A DNA stretch of 64,000 bases from Rhodanobacteraceae bacterium (GTDB lineage Bacteria; Pseudomonadota; Gammaproteobacteria; Xanthomonadales; Rhodanobacteraceae). This document shows positions 9,558 through 18,915 of the stretch, in pieces; the stretch's first letter is position 1, and each line of letters begins with the position of its first letter. The DNA lies in the NCBI GenBank assembly GCA_036379495.1, contig DASVGO010000040.1:6399-70398 (forward strand), written 5' to 3'. The notes under the pieces were generated by a model. It worked only from the letters and a program-made list of their open reading frames with translations, was not told the DNA's origin and ran no database searches. The position numbers and the translations under genes are program-made.

Positions 9558-11046
9558 GTCCATCATCCAGACCGTTGACGAGGCGGCGCAGCGGCGCAAA
9601 CAAGTCGCTGGCAGACAAGCCACGTTCACCGCCCATGGCGGCGATGTCGCCAGCCCGCGCATGCACGCAAGTGCCCAGGCATGCGGCCTGCCATGCCGGC
9701 AGGTGCTGCGCCAGCAAACCGGCGATGATACCGCCAAGCACATCGCCCATGCCGCCGCTGGCCATGCCGGGATTGCCGAAGCGGCAAACGGCAACGCGGC
9801 CGTCCGGCGCGGCCACGAGGCTGCCAGCCCCCTTCAGCACGACCACGGCATGAAAGCGTTGCGCCAGCATGCGTGCCGCCGCGAATCGATCGGCCTGCAC
9901 GCTCGCCGTGGTGCATTCGAGCAGGCGTGCGGCCTCGCCCGGATGCGGCGTCAACACCACCGGGCGATCACCGAAGACACGCGGCGATGCGGCCAGCAGG
10001 TTCAGGCCATCGGCATCCAGCACCAGCGGCACACGGCTGGCCATGCCGGCATGCCACAAGGCGCGACCCCAGTCGCCCCGCCCCAAACCCGGACCGAGCA
10101 CCAGCACACTGGCGCGCTCCAGCAACGCCGCCAGGTCGGTCGCCGATGACACGGCCCGCGTCATGACCTCCGGCCGCGCCGCCAGCAACGCCGTCACATG
10201 CTCGCTCCGGGTCGCCACGCTGACCAGTCCGGCGCCCGTGTGCAACGCCGCTTCGGCAGCCAGGCGGATCGCGCCACCCATGCCGTGGTCGCCACCCACG
10301 GCCAGCACATGGCCATACAAGCCCTTGTGCCCCACCCGTTCGCGCGGAGGCAATCCGGTGACACGCCACAACCGGGCATCCGGCACCTGCGACACCCGCA
10401 ATGCATCGGGCAAACCCAGGGTGTGCAAGCTCAAGACCCCGCAATGGTTGCCCGCATCCCCGGTGAACAGGCCGCGCTTCCAGGCCACGAAACTGGCCGT
10501 GGCCTGCGCGCGCACCGCGGCGCCGGCAGCATGGCCGGTATCGGCGTCCAATCCCGATGGCACATCCAGCGCCAGCACCGGACGATCGGCGGCATTGATG
10601 GCGCCAACCGCATCCGCCGCCGCACCTTGCAACGGCCGCGCCAGACCACTGCCAAACAGCGCATCGACGATGATGTCGGCCTGCGCAAAAACCTCAGCGG
10701 CCACGTCCATGCCGTCCACCGGCACACCGGCGTCCATGCACACTTCACGTGCCTTGGCCGCATCGTCGCGCGAGACAGGCGTCAACGCCAATGCGCGCGC
10801 ATCCATGCCCACCGCACGCGCGCCCGCAGCCAGCAAGAAACCGTCGCCCCCGTTGTTGCCCGGCCCGCAAACCACCGCCACGCGATGCGCTTGCGGCCAG
10901 CGTCGACGCAGCACGTCCAGCGCGGCATGCGCGGCGCGGCGCATCAAATCCTCACCGCCGATGCCAAGCACCTCGATGGCATGAGCATCGAAGGCCCGCA
11001 CCTGGGCCGTGGTGTAAAGCGCATCGGTCACGGAATCGGCAGTCAT
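9550..11046 (-). CDS. nnr: Bifunctional NAD(P)HX epimerase/dehydratase Nnr (YjeF)
   Basis: CGPGNNGGDG, DVPSGL, GPGLG, LTPHPGEAARL, GNPGMASGGMGDVL. Confidence 0.95.
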   Translation of the reverse strand: MTADSVTDALYTTAQVRAFDAHAIEVLGIGGEDLMRRAAHAALDVLRRRWPQAHRVAVVCGPGNNGGDGFLLAAGARAVGMDARALALTPVSRDDAAKAREVCMDAGVPVDGMDVAAEVFAQADIIVDALFGSGLARPLQGAAADAVGAINAADRPVLALDVPSGLDADTGHAAGAAVRAQATASFVAWKRGLFTGDAGNHCGVLSLHTLGLPDALRVSQVPDARLWRVTGLPPRERVGHKGLYGHVLAVGGDHGMGGAIRLAAEAALHTGAGLVSVATRSEHVTALLAARPEVMTRAVSSATDLAALLERASVLVLGPGLGRGDWGRALWHAGMASRVPLVLDADGLNLLAASPRVFGDRPVVLTPHPGEAARLLECTTASVQADRFAAARMLAQRFHAVVVLKGAGSLVAAPDGRVAVCRFGNPGMASGGMGDVLGGIIAGLLAQHLPAWQAACLGTCVHARAGDIAAMGGERGLSASDLFAPLRRLVNGLDDGHA

Positions 11047-11094
11047 GCGCAGAGCATAGCCCGACACCCTCGCGCCGGCATCTACAATGGCGGC

Positions 11095-12186
11095 ATGCCC
11101 GACACTGCTTCCGCCATCGATTACGCCGCACTCGCCCTCGACATCAAGCAATGGGCGCGCGCGCTGGGCTTCGCCGAAACCGGCATCAGCGATACGGACC
11201 TCACTGCCGACGAGGCGCACCTGGATGCCTGGCTTGAAGCCGGCATGCACGGGCAAATGGATTACATGGCGCAACATGGCCACATGCGCTCACGCCCGAC
11301 CGAACTGCACCCGGGCACCTTGCGCGTGATCTCGGTGCGCATGAATTACCTGGCGCCAGACACGCACGAGGCATGGTCGGTACTCGAAGACGACACGCGC
11401 GCCTACATCTCGCGCTATGCGCTGGGCCGCGATTACCACAAGCTGATCCGCAAGCGTCTGCAAAAACTTGCCAGCCGCATCGGCGAACGTGTCGGCACTT
11501 TCGGTTACCGCGCCTTTGTCGATTCGGCGCCCGTGCTGGAAAAGGCGCTGGCCAGCAAGTCCGGGCTGGGTTGGGTCGGCAAGCACACGTTGCTGATCAA
11601 TCGCGAAGCCGGTTCGTATTTTTTTCTCGGCGAGTTGTACACCGACCTGCCGCTGCCGATCGACCCACCCACCAGCGCCCACTGCGGCAGTTGCCGACGC
11701 TGCATCGATGTGTGCCCGACTGGCGCCATCGTCGCGCCATACACGGTCGATGCGCGCCGCTGCATATCCTACCTGACCATCGAGCTGAAGGGCTCCATTC
11801 CCGAGGATCTGCGCGCGCCGATGGGCAACCGCATCTTCGGCTGCGACGATTGCCAATTGATCTGTCCGTGGAACAAATTCGCCCGCGCCACCGAAGAGCC
11901 CGACTTCGCGCCACGCCACGCGCTCGACGGCGCCAAGCTGACCGAACTGTTCGCGTGGGACGAAGCCACTTTTCTCGCACGCACCGAGGGCATGGCGATC
12001 CGCCGCACAGGCTACGAAGGCTGGCTGCGCAACATCGCCGTGGCCTTGGGCAATGCCGTGCCATCGACTGAAGTGATTGCCGCACTCAACGCACGCGCCG
12101 AAGATCCCTCAGCCGTGGTGCGCGAGCACGTGGCCTGGGCATTGCGACAACAAGCCGACAAGGCGCAGCGTACCGGCAGCGCCTGA
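11095..12186 (+). CDS. queG: tRNA epoxyqueuosine reductase QueG
   Basis: ISRYALGRDYH, CGSCRRCIDVCPT, RCISYLTIE, GCDDCQLICPWN; divergent from nnr. Confidence 0.96.
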   Translation: MPDTASAIDYAALALDIKQWARALGFAETGISDTDLTADEAHLDAWLEAGMHGQMDYMAQHGHMRSRPTELHPGTLRVISVRMNYLAPDTHEAWSVLEDDTRAYISRYALGRDYHKLIRKRLQKLASRIGERVGTFGYRAFVDSAPVLEKALASKSGLGWVGKHTLLINREAGSYFFLGELYTDLPLPIDPPTSAHCGSCRRCIDVCPTGAIVAPYTVDARRCISYLTIELKGSIPEDLRAPMGNRIFGCDDCQLICPWNKFARATEEPDFAPRHALDGAKLTELFAWDEATFLARTEGMAIRRTGYEGWLRNIAVALGNAVPSTEVIAALNARAEDPSAVVREHVAWALRQQADKAQRTGSA

Positions 12187-12198
12187 TCGCGCCAGCCA

Positions 12199-12735
12199 TC
12201 ACATGTCCGCAGGGGCACGCTTGTCGCACCGGGCCAGCGCCTGGCGCGCTGCGTGCACCCCCGCGGAATCCCTGGCGATGCGACGCATCTCCAGAACCGT
12301 TTGCCAATTGCGTGCGCACAAGGCACCCAGCTTCGGCCCGGAGGCAAACGACTGTCGCGCCAGTGCCTCGGCCTTGGTGTCCTCGCCCATCAGCACGGCC
12401 AGCTCGGCCTGATCCTGCAGGATGTCGGGTGCGCCTGTCGACAATCGCAGAGCCTGATTCAGCGTCACCATGGCTGCCTGATAACGATGGTTCATCTCTT
12501 GCGCATGAGCCTGGACAAGCAAATGGGCGACACCCGGCGCACGCAAAGGCGTCACGCGAATCACCGAATCATTCTTCGCACCGGCGGCACGAATGGCCGC
12601 TACCAGCTCGACACGCGAAGGCTCGACCACCTGCGGCATTGCCGGAGCCGGCGGCTTTGGCTGTGCGCAGGCCACAAGGGTGGTGGCAACAAGTACGGTC
12701 AACAAGGAAATGCCGATGTGTCTTGACGTGATCAT
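12199..12735 (-). CDS. TPR lipoprotein, putative LpoP-like PBP1B activator
   Basis: Lipobox LVAC, Pro-rich linker, TPR-like helices; ATGA overlap with mrcB stop. Confidence 0.65.
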   Translation of the reverse strand: MITSRHIGISLLTVLVATTLVACAQPKPPAPAMPQVVEPSRVELVAAIRAAGAKNDSVIRVTPLRAPGVAHLLVQAHAQEMNHRYQAAMVTLNQALRLSTGAPDILQDQAELAVLMGEDTKAEALARQSFASGPKLGALCARNWQTVLEMRRIARDSAGVHAARQALARCDKRAPADM

Positions 12736-15053
12736 GGCTTGCTTGAAGATGGGGTGGATGACGATTTGCCGCCACCGAACAGGTCGCGAAATTGCTGCCA
12801 GAAACAACCATGCATCTGCTTCGGTGCCGTGCCCGCGATGAATGGCATGTGGCGAGCACCGTTGCATTCGGGTTTGGTCAGCTCGCCGGTTTGCGGATCG
12901 ATCCATGCGTACTCGATGCCCGCGCCCAGATCCGACGGCGGTGACAACGGCTGCGTGGGCATGCGTGCAAACAGGTAGCGCCATGCCACGAGCGCACCGG
13001 TACGTCCCCATAAACGGGTCGGCTTGTCGTCGTCACGTCCCATCCAGAACACGCCCAGACGATTGCCGGTAAAACCGGCAAACCAGCTGTCGCGCTGCTT
13101 GTCACTGGTGCCGGTTTTGCCTGCCGCATGCAGCCAACCCAGTCCCCCCGTGGCGATGTCGCTGGCCGTACCACGCAACACCACTTGCTGCATGGCATAG
13201 GTGATGAGCTTGATCGGCAACGCGTATTGCGCCGGCCCCTGGCGTACGGCATAGCGACGCAAGGTCTTGCCGTGCGAATTGGTCACGCCACGCACTGCAA
13301 TCAGCGGCAAGGCATGCCCGCCCGAAGCAATGAATTGATACAGGTACGCAAGCTGCGCCGGCGACAGGTCGATCGCACCAAGCACCAGCGACGGGTTCGG
13401 ATTGACGTGCTTTAGGCCGAATGATTCCAGGAACTGCTGGATGTGCGGCAAGCCCACGGCCAGCGCCAGGTGTACGGTGGCAAGGTTCCACGAATTGACC
13501 AGCGCATCGACCATGAACACGTTGCCGTGCGATTGATGATCGTCATTTTGCGGCGACCACACGCGACCATCGGGCTGGCGCAGATGCACCGGCGCATCAC
13601 TGATGAGGCTGGCCAGTGACCAGCGTTGCGGCTGCGCCAGCGCCACCAGGTACACCAGCGGCTTGATCGTCGAACCCACCGATCGATAGGCATCCAGCGC
13701 ACGATTGAATCCGGGCGTGCGCGGGTCACGGCTGCCGACCATGGCCAGCACCTGCCCCGTGTGCGGATCGGTGACCACGCCGGCAGCCTGCAGCCTGTCG
13801 CCGCGCTTGCCCATGTGTGCAAGTGTGGTGGTGATCGCCTGCTCGGCATAAAGCTGCGCCGCCGGGTCCAGCGTGGTGAAGATCGACAGCCCATCACTGC
13901 GCAGCTGCTGTTCACTGAAATCGTGCATGACCTGCGCGCGCACCAGATCCATGAACGCCGGGAAACGGTCATGCGGCAATCGCGCATTAGCGGCCACGCC
14001 CAACGGGGCTGCCTCGGCCTTTTGCGCCGCCGCGGCACTCAACAAACCAGTCTTCAGAAACTCGGCCAGCACGTGATTGCGGCGCGCGAGCGCACGTGCA
14101 GGATGCTGGCGCGGATCGTAATAGCTCGGCCCTCGGACCAAGCCGACCAGCAAGGCAATGTCCGCCGGTCCCAACTCCTGCACGCGCCGACCGAAATAGA
14201 ACTCGGCGGCCGCGCCAAACCCATGCACGGCTTGTTGTCCCTGCTGCCCCAGGAACACCTCGTTGACATAGGCATCGAGAATGCGCTGCTTGCTGTAATG
14301 CGTCTTGATGAGAATCGCCAGCAACGCCTCGTTGAACTTGCGCACCAGGGTCTGATTGCGATCCAGAAACAAGTTGCGCACCAGCTGCTGGGTCAGGGTC
14401 GAACCACCCTGCACGATGTGACCGGCGCGCAAATCCGCCCACGCCGCACGTGCGATGGCGGAAAAATCGATGCCGATGTTGGAGTTGAAATCGCGATCCT
14501 CGACCGCCTGCAACCCCTTGACCAACAGCGGCGGCAACTGTGCCAGCGTGACCATGCGCCGCTCTTCCTGCTTGGCGCCGTACAAGGTGGCGATGCGCGC
14601 CGGATCCAGATGCGTCAGGGCAATCGATTGGCCCTGCAGCGTTTGCACGGACGCAATGTCGTTGCCACCCAGCGTCACCGCGATGCGTCGCGGCAACTCG
14701 CCGCCATACGGCCCCGCGTAGCCACGCGAGGAAATCACGAACGTGCTGCCGCTGTTGGTCCATGTACCCGGAACGCGGCCATGGCTGTCATGCGTATAAC
14801 CGGCAAATGTCAGCTCAAGTTTCAGCGCCGCCGGCGTCATCGGCTCGCCGGCGCGCAGCGGCAACGGCCGCGCAAACACGCGCGTCGGCACCGAAAACAC
14901 CAGATCATTGAAACGTGCCTGCACGCGCGCATTGAGCACCATCGTGTACGGCACCATGAAGCCGACCACGAAGCCCAGGCCCAGCCAGAACGGATAGCGC
15001 AGCCAAACCCATGACGCGCGGGCGATGGCGCAAGTACGGTGGAAAAAAGACAA
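12732..15053 (-). CDS. mrcB: Penicillin-binding protein 1B
   Basis: UB2H-like region; GT motifs EDRDF, QGGSTLTQQLVRN, RKFNE; TP motifs STIK, SWN, KTGT. Confidence 0.93.
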   Translation of the reverse strand: MSFFHRTCAIARASWVWLRYPFWLGLGFVVGFMVPYTMVLNARVQARFNDLVFSVPTRVFARPLPLRAGEPMTPAALKLELTFAGYTHDSHGRVPGTWTNSGSTFVISSRGYAGPYGGELPRRIAVTLGGNDIASVQTLQGQSIALTHLDPARIATLYGAKQEERRMVTLAQLPPLLVKGLQAVEDRDFNSNIGIDFSAIARAAWADLRAGHIVQGGSTLTQQLVRNLFLDRNQTLVRKFNEALLAILIKTHYSKQRILDAYVNEVFLGQQGQQAVHGFGAAAEFYFGRRVQELGPADIALLVGLVRGPSYYDPRQHPARALARRNHVLAEFLKTGLLSAAAAQKAEAAPLGVAANARLPHDRFPAFMDLVRAQVMHDFSEQQLRSDGLSIFTTLDPAAQLYAEQAITTTLAHMGKRGDRLQAAGVVTDPHTGQVLAMVGSRDPRTPGFNRALDAYRSVGSTIKPLVYLVALAQPQRWSLASLISDAPVHLRQPDGRVWSPQNDDHQSHGNVFMVDALVNSWNLATVHLALAVGLPHIQQFLESFGLKHVNPNPSLVLGAIDLSPAQLAYLYQFIASGGHALPLIAVRGVTNSHGKTLRRYAVRQGPAQYALPIKLITYAMQQVVLRGTASDIATGGLGWLHAAGKTGTSDKQRDSWFAGFTGNRLGVFWMGRDDDKPTRLWGRTGALVAWRYLFARMPTQPLSPPSDLGAGIEYAWIDPQTGELTKPECNGARHMPFIAGTAPKQMHGCFWQQFRDLFGGGKSSSTPSSSKP

Positions 15054-15268
15054 ACAGCATCATCCCGAATCGAAGAGCACGAACATAGCGGTGCCGTGCT
15101 GTACCGTCGCAAACCGCAAGCGTAATGCATGACCGTGTCCGAGCCAGCGCATGGACATGCCAATGACCACGCATGCAGCAACACGTCGGCAAGCGCCATG
15201 ACCTGCATCCACGACGTTGCCCGCATGCCTTATGCCATTCGACGCATGGCCTCATGTCGAAATAACGC

Positions 15269-15301
15269 TTGACAGCCCCCCCCCCCCACGGAATATATCG
15301 T
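15269..15301 (+). promoter_or_regulatory. Sigma70-like promoter with a C12 homopolymer in the spacer
   Basis: TTGACA (15269-15274), G, C12 (15276-15287), then GAATATATCGT with -10 candidates GAATAT or TATCGT; ~45 bp upstream of the HlyD start. Confidence 0.65.
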
Positions 15302-15346
15302 CAGCACCCTGAGGTTCGTTAGACGTTGTTCCCACGGAGTGGTGAC

Positions 15347-16615
15347 GTGAGCGATCTGTTTCGAGAGGAAGTCGTGCAGGCCCAACGCCCCCGCCTGTTG
15401 GGGACGATTCGCTTGGCCACGCCCATCTCGCACCAGCTTTGGGGCCTGTTCGCCGCGGTGTTCACCGCCGCCATCGCGCTGTGGCTGTACTTCGGCCATT
15501 ACACCCAACGCCAGCACGTCACCGGCACACTGGTGCCGCAAGCCGGCCTCTTGAACATCACCGCCCGCGCCTCCGGCACGGTGACGAAACTCGATGTGAT
15601 CCAAGGCGCGCATGTACGTGCAGGACAAGTGCTGCTGACTGTCAGCAGCGACCGCAGCAGTGCGGCCATGGGCAACACCTATGCCACCGTCGGCGCGCAA
15701 ATCAAGGCGCAGGAAACCCAAATCCGCGCGACACTGGCCGGGCTGGCGCCGCAAACGGCATCCCAGGCACGTGACCTGCGCCACCGTCTTGCCATGCTGC
15801 GCACCCAGCTGACACAAATCGATGCCCAGCAAACCCTGCAACGCAAGCAAGCCGCCACCGCCACGGACTTGTGGCACCAGGCCTTGCCGCTGCACCAGCG
15901 TGGCATCGTCTCCACTCTCGAATTCGACCAGTACAAGGATCAGGCCCTGACCCAGCGCGAGCAGGTCAAGGCGCTGGCCCGGCAGCGCTTGGACATCACC
16001 CAGCAACAGAGCAGTCTTGCGGCGCAACTGGCACAGTTGCCCATCGCCACCGCCGCCAAGGCCCATCAACTGCGCGGTCAGCTGGCCCAACTGGATGCCC
16101 AGCTGGCCCAAAACGATGTCGAACGACAATCGGTACTGCGCGCGCCGCAAGCCGGCACGGTGTCGGCTGTACTGATCCAGCCCGGCCAGACCGTCAACCC
16201 CGGACAGACCCTGGTGACGGTGATGCCCAAGGGTTCGGCGCTGCAAGCGCAATTGCTGGTGCCCAGCAGCGCCATCGGCTTCGTACATGCCGGCACCCAG
16301 GTCATCCTGCACTATCAGGCGTTTCCCTACCAAAAGTTCGGCGTGCAACATGGCACCGTCGCCAACGTCTCGCGCAGTGCGCTGACGCCGGCCGAGATCA
16401 CCCAGCTGCTGGGCCGCAGTCCGCCACCCGAGGCGCTGTACCGCGTCAAGGTGACCTTGGCCGCACAGAGCATCGAGGCCTACGGCAAGCGCCGCACCCT
16501 GCTGCCCGGCATGGCCCTGACCGCCGACCTGCTGCTCGATCGTCGCCGCATGATCGAATGGATTTTCGAACCGCTGTACGGCATGGCCAAGCGTGGTGAA
16601 GGGAAAGCGTCATGA
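15347..16615 (+). CDS. HlyD-family membrane fusion protein (CvaA/RaxA-like)
   Basis: GTG start with GGAG RBS; LFREEV, TM helix, coiled coil, LRAPQAGTV, YQAFPYQKFG, LLPGMALTAD..RRMIEWIFEPL. Confidence 0.93.
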   Translation: MSDLFREEVVQAQRPRLLGTIRLATPISHQLWGLFAAVFTAAIALWLYFGHYTQRQHVTGTLVPQAGLLNITARASGTVTKLDVIQGAHVRAGQVLLTVSSDRSSAAMGNTYATVGAQIKAQETQIRATLAGLAPQTASQARDLRHRLAMLRTQLTQIDAQQTLQRKQAATATDLWHQALPLHQRGIVSTLEFDQYKDQALTQREQVKALARQRLDITQQQSSLAAQLAQLPIATAAKAHQLRGQLAQLDAQLAQNDVERQSVLRAPQAGTVSAVLIQPGQTVNPGQTLVTVMPKGSALQAQLLVPSSAIGFVHAGTQVILHYQAFPYQKFGVQHGTVANVSRSALTPAEITQLLGRSPPPEALYRVKVTLAAQSIEAYGKRRTLLPGMALTADLLLDRRRMIEWIFEPLYGMAKRGEGKAS

Positions 16616-18861
16616 GTGCCTTCACCGAAGATGCCCCCATGGACGACGTCATCGCCGGCGGTCGCGGCGAAGTACCCGATGCCATCGCCGATGCACCCGA
16701 GCCTCGCCTGCATTTCGGCTGGGGCAAACGCCTGCCGATGATCCGCCAGAGCGAATCCGGTGAATGCGCGCTGGCGTGTCTGGCCATGATCGCGGGCTAC
16801 CACGGCCAGCATGTGGACCTGCCCAGCTTGCGCCGACGCTTTTCCACCTCGCTCAAGGGCACCACGCTCAACCGTCTGATCACCATCGCGCAAACGTTGG
16901 GTCTGGCTTGTCGCCCGTTGCGGCTGGAGATGGACGAACTGGCGCGCCTGCAAACACCCTGCATTTTGCACTGGGACCTCGACCACTTCGTGGTGTTGCG
17001 GCAAATACGCAAAGGTCATGCCATCGTGCATGACCCCGCGGTCGGCGCGCGCCGCCTGCGCCTTGCCGACGTCAGCCCGCACTGGACCGGTGTCGCCATC
17101 GAGCTCAGCCAAGGCCCGACCTTCAAGCGCAAGGCACCGCCACCGCCTGTGTCGTTGCGCACCTTGGCCGGCTCCATCGAAGGCTTGCCCAAGGCACTGA
17201 CCATCATCTTCAGTCTGGCCCTGCTGCTGGAATTGATCGAACTGCTGTGGCCGCAATTCCTGCAGATGACCATCGACCAGGTGCTGGCCGATGGCGATCA
17301 CAGTCTGCTGACCTTCCTGGGTTTGAGCTTTCTGGTGCTGCTGGCCATGCGCACCGTGGTGTCGGCGCTGCGCACGTGGACTGTGATGTGGCTGGGCACC
17401 CACTTCAACTTGAGCTGGACCGGCAACGTGTTCCAGCACCTGCTGAAATTGCCGCAGGATTATTTTCTCAAGCGTCACCTGGGTGACATCGTGTCGAAAT
17501 TCGGCGCGGTATCGGCCATTCAGCAAACCGTCACCACCCAGTTCGTCAGCGTCATCGTGGATGGCGTCATGGCCACCTTGACCCTGGCCGTGATGCTGAT
17601 CTACAGCATGACGCTGACCGGCATCGTGGCGTTGGCCGTGGCGATCTACGCCGTGACGCGCATCCTTTACTACCGCGCCTACTTCGCGTCGAATCTCAGC
17701 CAGATCACGGTACGCGCCAAGCAGCAGAGCGTGTTCATGGAAGCCGTGCGTGGCGTGCAAACCTTGCGCCTGCACAACCGCGGGCCGGCGCACACCTCGC
17801 GCTATCTCAATGCCGTGACCGACACGCTCAACATGTCGATCAAGGTGCAAAAGCTCAACCTGCTGTTCAGCTCGATCAGCGGTCTGACCAACGGCGCCCA
17901 GCGCATCGGCGTGTTGTGGTTGGGCGCGTACCTTGCCCTGGGTGGACACTTCAGTGCCGGCATGCTGATGGCCTACGTGGCCTATGCCGACCAATTCAGC
18001 AGCCGCGCCAACAGCTTGGTTGAATATCTGGTGCAGTTGAAACTGCTGCGCCTGCAGGGCGAACGCCTGGCCGACATCGTGCTGACCAACCCCGAAGCGC
18101 ACACCGAGGGCAATCGCGCCGGCCCGTTGCCGGAGCCTTCAGTCCGCTTCCACAATGTCAGCTTCCGCTATGCCCCGGGCGAACCGTACGTCATCAAGGA
18201 TGCCAGCTTCGCCGTCAAAGCCGGTGAGTCGGTCGTCATCACCGGTCCGTCCGGCGGTGGCAAAAGCACCTTGGTGCGTTTGCTGCTGGGCCTGCTTGAT
18301 CCGCAACAAGGCGACATCTTCATCGGCGATGTCAACCTCAAGCAACTGGGCAAACACACTTGGCGCGGCATGGTCGGTGCCGTGATGCAGGACGACACCC
18401 TGTTTGCCGGCTCCATTGCCGACAACATCAGCTTTCATGACGAAGCGGCAACGCAGGACAAGATCGAAGCCGCCGCCAAACTGGCGCAAATCCACGACGA
18501 CATCCTGGCCATGCCGATGGCCTATCACACGCTGGTCGGTGACATGGGCTCGGCACTGTCCGGCGGCCAGAAACAGCGTCTGTTTCTGGCGCGAGCGCTG
18601 TACAAGCAACCGCAGGTGTTGGTGCTGGACGAGGCCACCAGTCATCTGGATGTCGAGTGCGAACGGAAGATCAACGACACACTCAAGGCGCTGGACATCA
18701 CACGCATCGTGATTGCGCATCGACCACAGACGATACAGGCGGCCGAGCGCGTACTGGTTTGTTTCAAGGGAGTAGTGAAGGCAGTAACGCTGAAGGATGA
18801 TGAGCAGGAGTCGCAGGCCCGTCAGGCCATGGATGGAGCAATCGAGGTGGTAACTGACTGA
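16612..18861 (+). CDS. Peptidase-containing ABC transporter (C39, TMD, NBD; CvaB/RaxB-like)
   Basis: QSESGECALAC (catalytic Cys), HWDLDHFVVL, HDPA; GPSGGGKST, LSGGQKQR, LDEATSHLD. Confidence 0.95.
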   Translation: MSAFTEDAPMDDVIAGGRGEVPDAIADAPEPRLHFGWGKRLPMIRQSESGECALACLAMIAGYHGQHVDLPSLRRRFSTSLKGTTLNRLITIAQTLGLACRPLRLEMDELARLQTPCILHWDLDHFVVLRQIRKGHAIVHDPAVGARRLRLADVSPHWTGVAIELSQGPTFKRKAPPPPVSLRTLAGSIEGLPKALTIIFSLALLLELIELLWPQFLQMTIDQVLADGDHSLLTFLGLSFLVLLAMRTVVSALRTWTVMWLGTHFNLSWTGNVFQHLLKLPQDYFLKRHLGDIVSKFGAVSAIQQTVTTQFVSVIVDGVMATLTLAVMLIYSMTLTGIVALAVAIYAVTRILYYRAYFASNLSQITVRAKQQSVFMEAVRGVQTLRLHNRGPAHTSRYLNAVTDTLNMSIKVQKLNLLFSSISGLTNGAQRIGVLWLGAYLALGGHFSAGMLMAYVAYADQFSSRANSLVEYLVQLKLLRLQGERLADIVLTNPEAHTEGNRAGPLPEPSVRFHNVSFRYAPGEPYVIKDASFAVKAGESVVITGPSGGGKSTLVRLLLGLLDPQQGDIFIGDVNLKQLGKHTWRGMVGAVMQDDTLFAGSIADNISFHDEAATQDKIEAAAKLAQIHDDILAMPMAYHTLVGDMGSALSGGQKQRLFLARALYKQPQVLVLDEATSHLDVECERKINDTLKALDITRIVIAHRPQTIQAAERVLVCFKGVVKAVTLKDDEQESQARQAMDGAIEVVTD

Positions 18862-18915
18862 CAATCGCGCAACAAATGCCGTGTCGATTTTATTCATGCA
18901 CAGAAGGAGAACGTC

